Shown here in pieces: positions 29,302 to 33,995 of a stretch of DNA of 33,995 nt. The position numbers and the translations under genes are program-made. The stretch lies in the NCBI GenBank assembly GCA_903920835.1, contig CAIXNQ010000266.1, forward strand, positions 1-33,995. Reading direction: 5' to 3'. This stretch comes from an uncultured Bacteroidota bacterium. Its GTDB lineage: Bacteria; Bacteroidota; Bacteroidia; Flavobacteriales; Flavobacteriaceae. Numbering within the stretch: the stretch's first letter is position 1; each line of letters starts with the position of its first letter. The notes under the pieces were generated by a model that searched no databases, had not been told where the DNA came from, and saw nothing but the letters and a program-made list of their open reading frames with translations.

Positions 29302-29922
29302 AGAAAGTTACAATTTTGATGCGATAATTGCTTATTCAATTATATTGAAATCAATGGTATAGATTTTTTAGATATTATTTATTTATTTCTATTTTCTGTT
29401 AAGAAAATGGAAAGTTTCTTGTTTGTTGCTGGGCTGGGGAGAACAAAGTTTATGTTCTCGCTCAACAATTAAGTTGAACCTGGTTGCTCAACTGATTTCT
29501 CAGCCCTACAGAGTTTTTAACGGAATTACCGACTACCCATATCCAACAACGTTCAAGGTAGATTTATAAAAATAGATATCATATTCCCCCACTTCATATC
29601 CTCTTCTTCTCGTGGTGGGGTTTGCCGGTCTTTAAGACCCATCATTATCTATTACATAAATAAATATAGTGTTATTTGAAAAAGTTTAAATAGTATAAGA
29701 GTTTTATTCTGAAAAATATCAATAATAAATCATAATTTCATTTACTTATAATACAATGTTGTGCACTTATTATAATTTGGAGTTGTGTATTTGTTATAAC
29801 TTGAAGCAGATTTTTTGAATTAAACCTGTTATGTATAGAAAATTACATTTTTTTAACAAACCCAAAGTCTATTGTAAAGAAAATTGAAATTTCTTTACAA
29901 TAGATAAAAATGACAGCCACTA

Positions 29923-30061
29923 ATCACATTATATTGTGATATTTGTTTATTTCAATCTCATTTATAAAGAAAAACACGCAAAATCACAATATAATGTGAT
30001 AAATGTATTGACGGAATGTTTTTTTCATTACTTTTACATAAAAATCACATTATAATGTTAG
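29923..30061. promoter_or_regulatory. Three ATCACA-N6-TGTGAT operator palindromes (29923-29940, 29983-30000, 30044-30061)
   Basis: Two have perfect arms, third is degenerate and overlaps the HTH start codon. Confidence 0.8.
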
Positions 30062-30267
30062 TTAATCAGATTGCGGAAGCCATAAGAACAAGGAGGAAAG
30101 ATTTAGAAATAACTCAATCGCACCTCTCTGAATTGTCGGGCATCAGTGTAAATACAATTTATAAATTAGAACGAGGTCAAGGTAATCCATCATTAGAGAT
30201 TGTTCAAAAGTTGATGGATGTTTTAGGGTTAGTAATCAATATAGAAGTAAAAAAAGTGAATAAATGA
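30055..30267 (+). CDS. HipB-like Xre/Cro HTH regulator
   Basis: ITQSHLSELSGISVNTIYKLERGQGNPSL; ATG 30055 preferred. Confidence 0.9.
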   Translation: MLVNQIAEAIRTRRKDLEITQSHLSELSGISVNTIYKLERGQGNPSLEIVQKLMDVLGLVINIEVKKVNK

Positions 30268-30590
30268 GAGCAATGGAAATCTATCGGAATGGGGTTTTAG
30301 CTGGACTACTTTCAGAGGAAAATAGAAACAACTTTGTATTCAGATATGAAGAGCGTTATTTTAACGACACTACCAAACCTGCAATAAGCCTAACTTTACC
30401 TAAATCAAAAATAGAATATTGTAGTGATTACTTATTCCCTTTCTTTTTTAATATGTTAAGTGAAGGGGTAAATAGAAAATTACAAAGCATACAACTAAAA
30501 ATTGATGAAGAGGATAATTTTGGATTATTGATGGCTACGGCTCAATATGATACCATTGGAGCAATAACTGTAAAACCAATTACAAAATGA
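30264..30590 (+). CDS. Stand-alone HipA N-terminal domain protein (HipS-like)
   Basis: AISLTLP, LFPFFFNMLSEG, DTIGAITV motifs; ATGA overlaps on both sides. Confidence 0.9.
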   Translation: MRAMEIYRNGVLAGLLSEENRNNFVFRYEERYFNDTTKPAISLTLPKSKIEYCSDYLFPFFFNMLSEGVNRKLQSIQLKIDEEDNFGLLMATAQYDTIGAITVKPITK

Positions 30591-31603
30591 ATATTGACGA
30601 AATAATAAATTGTCCCGGAACTTTATCCGAAGGATTTACCTCTTATAGTCCGAGTTGCCTAAGAAACTTATTTAATGGGAAAAAAGTAAATCATATTTTA
30701 CCTTATGATTCCACTAATAAAGATGAGGATGTAGCGGAACAATTTATGGAAAATCGTAAAAGAATTTCTATATCAGGTGTTCAAGAAAAATTAAGTTTTA
30801 TACTTGATAAAAACAAATTGCGATTAACTCATCAAGGAGAACAAGGAACCTATATATTGAAACCCATTCCAAGAGACCTTAAAAAGGTTGACCAGCTTCC
30901 GGCAAACGAGCATTTAACGATGCAAATAGCCAAACAAGTATTTGGAATTAACACCGCTGAAAATGCAATGTTATTTTTTAAGAATGGCACACCGGCCTAT
31001 ATAACAAAGCGATTTGATGTAAAAGAAAATGGAGAAAAATGGGGCAAGGAAGATTTTGCTTCCTTGGCAGGAAAATCAAAAGATAATTCGGGTTATAATT
31101 TCAAGTATGAATATAGCTATGAAGGAATAGGTAAATTAATACAAGAATATATACCAGCTTGGAGAGTAGAAATTGAAAAATATTTTACATTAGTTGTTTT
31201 TAATTATATTATTTCTAACGGAGATGCTCATCTAAAAAACTTCTCTTTGTTAGAAACCTCAAGAGGGGATTATGTTTTAAGTCCAGCATATGACATAGTA
31301 AATACAAGATTACACGTTGATGATACTGATTTTGCATTAGATAAGGGGTTATTTGAAGATGATTATAAAAGTGATGACTATAAAAAATCATTACATCCGT
31401 CAAAAATAGATTTTATTGAATTTGGTAAACGAATTGGTGTAATGGAAAGTAGAATAGAAAAATTGTTGGCTCCTTTTTTAGAAAAACAAAAAATGATAGA
31501 AGAACTAACAAATCGTTCCTTTTTAGAACCATCAAGTAAGAGAGCATACTTACTTGTGTACAATACAAAAATGAATTTCTTGAAGGGTTCCAAAAAAATA
31601 TAA
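30587..31603 (+). CDS. HipA-family Ser/Thr kinase toxin (HipT-like)
   Basis: SISGVQEK Gly loop, YILKP, NGDAHLKNFS, LSPAYD motifs. Confidence 0.93.
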   Translation: MNIDEIINCPGTLSEGFTSYSPSCLRNLFNGKKVNHILPYDSTNKDEDVAEQFMENRKRISISGVQEKLSFILDKNKLRLTHQGEQGTYILKPIPRDLKKVDQLPANEHLTMQIAKQVFGINTAENAMLFFKNGTPAYITKRFDVKENGEKWGKEDFASLAGKSKDNSGYNFKYEYSYEGIGKLIQEYIPAWRVEIEKYFTLVVFNYIISNGDAHLKNFSLLETSRGDYVLSPAYDIVNTRLHVDDTDFALDKGLFEDDYKSDDYKKSLHPSKIDFIEFGKRIGVMESRIEKLLAPFLEKQKMIEELTNRSFLEPSSKRAYLLVYNTKMNFLKGSKKI

Positions 31604-31620
31604 TGCAAAACAATTATAGA

Positions 31621-31660
31621 AAAACAAAAAACCCTTACATTTCTGTAAAGGCTTTTCTTT
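31621..31660. terminator. tRNA-associated terminator hairpin (duplicated, partly decayed)
   Basis: AAAAACCCTTACA/TGTAAAGGCTTTT. Confidence 0.6.
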
Positions 31661-31664
31661 AGTA

Positions 31665-31708
31665 GCTCCCTCTCTTGGGCTCGAACCAAGGACCCTCTGA
31701 TTAACAGT
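31665..31708 (-). mobile_element. att site: 3' half of tRNA-Asn(GTT), from anticodon loop to acceptor end; not a complete tRNA
   Basis: Minus strand ACTGTTAATCAGAGGGTCCTTGGTTCGAGCCCAAGAGAGGGAGC; upstream sequence gives no D arm or 5' anticodon stem. Confidence 0.9.
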
Positions 31709-31888
31709 GTGAAAAGGGACATGTCTTAATGCTGATTTACAGCACTTTAGACTTTACGAATTGTTGCAAAAGTAAGCATTTTTTGTCATTTTGCCACTCA
31801 ATAAGTGTACCCAAGATTGGGTAACTTATAACTGCTAATATTTGCTTGTTTTTTTGGATTTAACACACAATGATTAGTGTAAATAACA

Positions 31889-32722
31889 TTATTTTATTTT
31901 TTCTAAAATTCTAAATTGTTTATTAACATCTCTCCATACGTCTTTAAATTTTGGCAAATCTTTCACCTGATGACTTAAATTTTCATTCCAAGAGGACTCA
32001 AATATTTGTATTTTTTTAGAAACTTTCTCAATAAACTCTTTTGGGTTATGTCCTTTATGTGCTGCCTTTCTTTCAAACTCATAATAAACATCATGCAGCT
32101 CTAAACCTTCAAAATTAGTTAAATAGTCAAAATCGTATAAATCTCTTGGAACAGTTCTTCCCATAAGTGCCGTCATTTTTTCAATGACAACCTCATTTAT
32201 ATGGTAGCTTTGAACATTAAAATCTTCACCTAATTCTTCTAAATCAGAATATTGATGTAGCACTTTTCTATAAACTGTGTCAAATTCAAGTTTCTCGCCT
32301 TTTGTTAAATCAACTTTAACATGGTCTCCATTTCCTCCTAATGGCCCAACATAGTTGATATAAAATTTTAAACTACCACTTGATTCATGGATTTCTTTTG
32401 AGTTTTCAGGAATAGTTAAATCAATATTTGCCTCTTCTTTTATGGCTATAAATAAATCTGAAAAAGCTAAAAATATGTCATCGTTGGAAAGAATGTTGTC
32501 TCCATTTGAAACAAGTGTGAAATCCATATCTTCGGAATAGCGATAATTTTCAAAGTAGATTTTTTTAAGACAGGTTCCTCCTTTAAAAGCCAAAACTTTA
32601 TTTAAAAGTATATGATTAGAAATACCCCATAATATCCAAGAAATCATATAATCTTTTTCAATCTGCTGTTGACGAACACCTTCTTTATTTGCAATTTTAT
32701 TTAATTCACTTGACTTTATCAT
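31889..32722 (-). CDS. abiEii: AbiEii/AbiGii nucleotidyltransferase toxin (type IV TA)
   Basis: IEKDY, FKGGTCL, RYSEDMDF, EK, RDLYD motifs. Confidence 0.92.
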   Translation of the reverse strand: MIKSSELNKIANKEGVRQQQIEKDYMISWILWGISNHILLNKVLAFKGGTCLKKIYFENYRYSEDMDFTLVSNGDNILSNDDIFLAFSDLFIAIKEEANIDLTIPENSKEIHESSGSLKFYINYVGPLGGNGDHVKVDLTKGEKLEFDTVYRKVLHQYSDLEELGEDFNVQSYHINEVVIEKMTALMGRTVPRDLYDFDYLTNFEGLELHDVYYEFERKAAHKGHNPKEFIEKVSKKIQIFESSWNENLSHQVKDLPKFKDVWRDVNKQFRILEKIK

Positions 32723-33531
32723 GTATAAATGGAGTTTTTAATTGTTTCAGTATCTATGTTAATTTTTAAACCAAATTTTGAGTCTTGTTTGCCATAATCT
32801 GGTGCAGAAGTATCCAATAATGAATAACTTTTTCCTATGTCATCTAATAAAGATTGGTGTTTTTCTGTCCATGTTAGCCCTAAAAGATTACTTAAAAACA
32901 GGTATCGTTTTATAGCCGCCTTACTGTTATTCTTGTTAAAATAATCAACCAAGGTGGTTAAATTTACTCTTTCCCTAGTTTCATAAATTGCTTTACCAAC
33001 CTCTACCATACCTCCACATAAGTGGGGTCTAGTTACCGAATCGACAATAGTCTTTTCTAAATCACTTACTAATACTTTATCAAATTTTGACACCCATGTG
33101 TTTTTGTAACCAAAAAACCTCTCACTTGTATGGTTTACAAATTGAAACTTTACTCCTCTAATTATAGTAGTTGATGGTTTAATTTGAATATTTGTTACTA
33201 TAATTTCTATCAAACTTGGTTGGGTAATCAACCCATGAACTTGCATGGCTGAATAATACCCTATATAATACTTTTTGCCCTTCATTAGGTTTTTTGCTAC
33301 TATATGCCAATCTGGGAGGTATGTTTCAGCATCAGCATTTGTTGGAACAATATTATATAAATTATGCTTTAACTTTATAAGCATTCCTTTCCGCACCATA
33401 GATGATAAAACTTTGGAAACATATAAACTGTCTATTTCTGGGAATTTATTAATTACATCCGAATAAGTGAAACACTCTTGTTCGTCATTTGAAAAAGATT
33501 TTAATATTTCCCAATTAAGATTATTAGCCAT
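32719..33531 (-). CDS. abiEi: AbiEi-family antitoxin / transcriptional regulator
   Basis: N-terminal winged HTH, YIGYYSAMQVHGL, SDLEKTIVD; ATGA overlap with toxin; ATG 33531 preferred. Confidence 0.88.
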   Translation of the reverse strand: MANNLNWEILKSFSNDEQECFTYSDVINKFPEIDSLYVSKVLSSMVRKGMLIKLKHNLYNIVPTNADAETYLPDWHIVAKNLMKGKKYYIGYYSAMQVHGLITQPSLIEIIVTNIQIKPSTTIIRGVKFQFVNHTSERFFGYKNTWVSKFDKVLVSDLEKTIVDSVTRPHLCGGMVEVGKAIYETRERVNLTTLVDYFNKNNSKAAIKRYLFLSNLLGLTWTEKHQSLLDDIGKSYSLLDTSAPDYGKQDSKFGLKINIDTETIKNSIYT

Positions 33532-33601
33532 ATATAATATCTGTATATTGTATATAAAAGTACTATGCAAAGATAACATTTGTTTTTAATAAAAATAATT
33601 A

Positions 33602-33641
33602 TTATCCTAATATTTGACTTTTATTTACAATAATCGGATAA
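33602..33641. promoter_or_regulatory. Inverted repeat IR1, likely AbiEi operator
   Basis: TTATCCTAATATT...AATAATCGGATAA, just upstream of a minus-strand TATCTTTG -7 box near 33568-33575. Confidence 0.7.
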
Positions 33642-33863
33642 TAACTATAGATTTATTTCAGATATTTAAGCAATTAACTTACTGTCTATTTTTAACGTGA
33701 AAAATGTGTTTTTTAGGTGAAAAACGATTAAAATAAGTGGTTTTTGGTGAAAAACAATTAAAGAAGAGCGGAAATACATTTATTAAGACCTCATAAAACC
33801 GAACTAATTATTGGCACTTTTTTTATGTTTGCTGCCGTATTATAGTTTTTAATAAAATAATTT

Positions 33864-33903
33864 TTATCCTAATATTCGACTTTTATATACAATATTTGGA
33901 TAA
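33864..33903. promoter_or_regulatory. Inverted repeat IR2, near copy of IR1
   Basis: TTATCCTAATATT...AATATTTGGATAA; direct repeat of 33602-33641 including the spacer. Confidence 0.7.
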
Positions 33904-33995
33904 CAATTGGGGATAATTACTATTGTAATTAACATCAAATCCTTGTTGTAAAAAAACCAATTTATTTGCAATAACAATTTTACTATTGCAAAATA

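Noticed and set aside
29431-29506. tRNA gene or retron msr-msd
   Set aside because: No GTTCRA T loop or D-loop GG, and no reverse transcriptase in the window
31665-31740. Complete tRNA-Asn gene
   Set aside because: 5' half is absent; TCACA replaces the TCTGA needed to pair the anticodon stem
1232-33466. Short antisense or out-of-frame ORFs nested in longer genes (e.g. 1232-1435, 7725-7982, 24678-24995, 28610-28951, 31378-31722)
   Set aside because: Shadow ORFs of well-supported genes, with no recognisable motifs
33700-33765. Short direct repeat TTTT(A/T)GGTGAAAAAC(G/A)ATTAAA, two copies
   Set aside because: Real but only two AT-rich copies; no function can be supported

Overview
AT-rich window from a Flavobacteriaceae-like (Bacteroidota) chromosome, judged from gene content and TAnnTTTG promoter boxes. 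About 1-22.2 kb is mostly core genes: DUF1599, DoxX, TlpA, tpiA, frr, pyrH, a thioredoxin, a large outer-membrane protein, an Hpt-like/FAH/DnaQ-like cluster, ybaB/ebfC, oligopeptidase B, a cysteine-synthase-family enzyme and a TPP-riboswitch-led TonB-dependent receptor. It is interrupted by an apparently decaying PepSY-YncE-TolC-MFP operon that lacks its RND permease. From about 22.3 kb the window is accessory. It ends in two stacked islands at a tRNA-Asn 3'-end att site, carrying a HipBST-like tripartite TA module and an AbiEi/AbiEii type IV TA module, each with visible operators. Unexplained structure: two unrelated intergenic 9 x 21-bp arrays (one upstream of a small helical GDWGF protein), two dispersed non-coding repeats, a structured GC-rich element in the hip island, an Hpt protein without its phosphoacceptor His and a TPP aptamer with a non-canonical pyrophosphate arm. 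Family calls come from motif recognition only; no searches were run.
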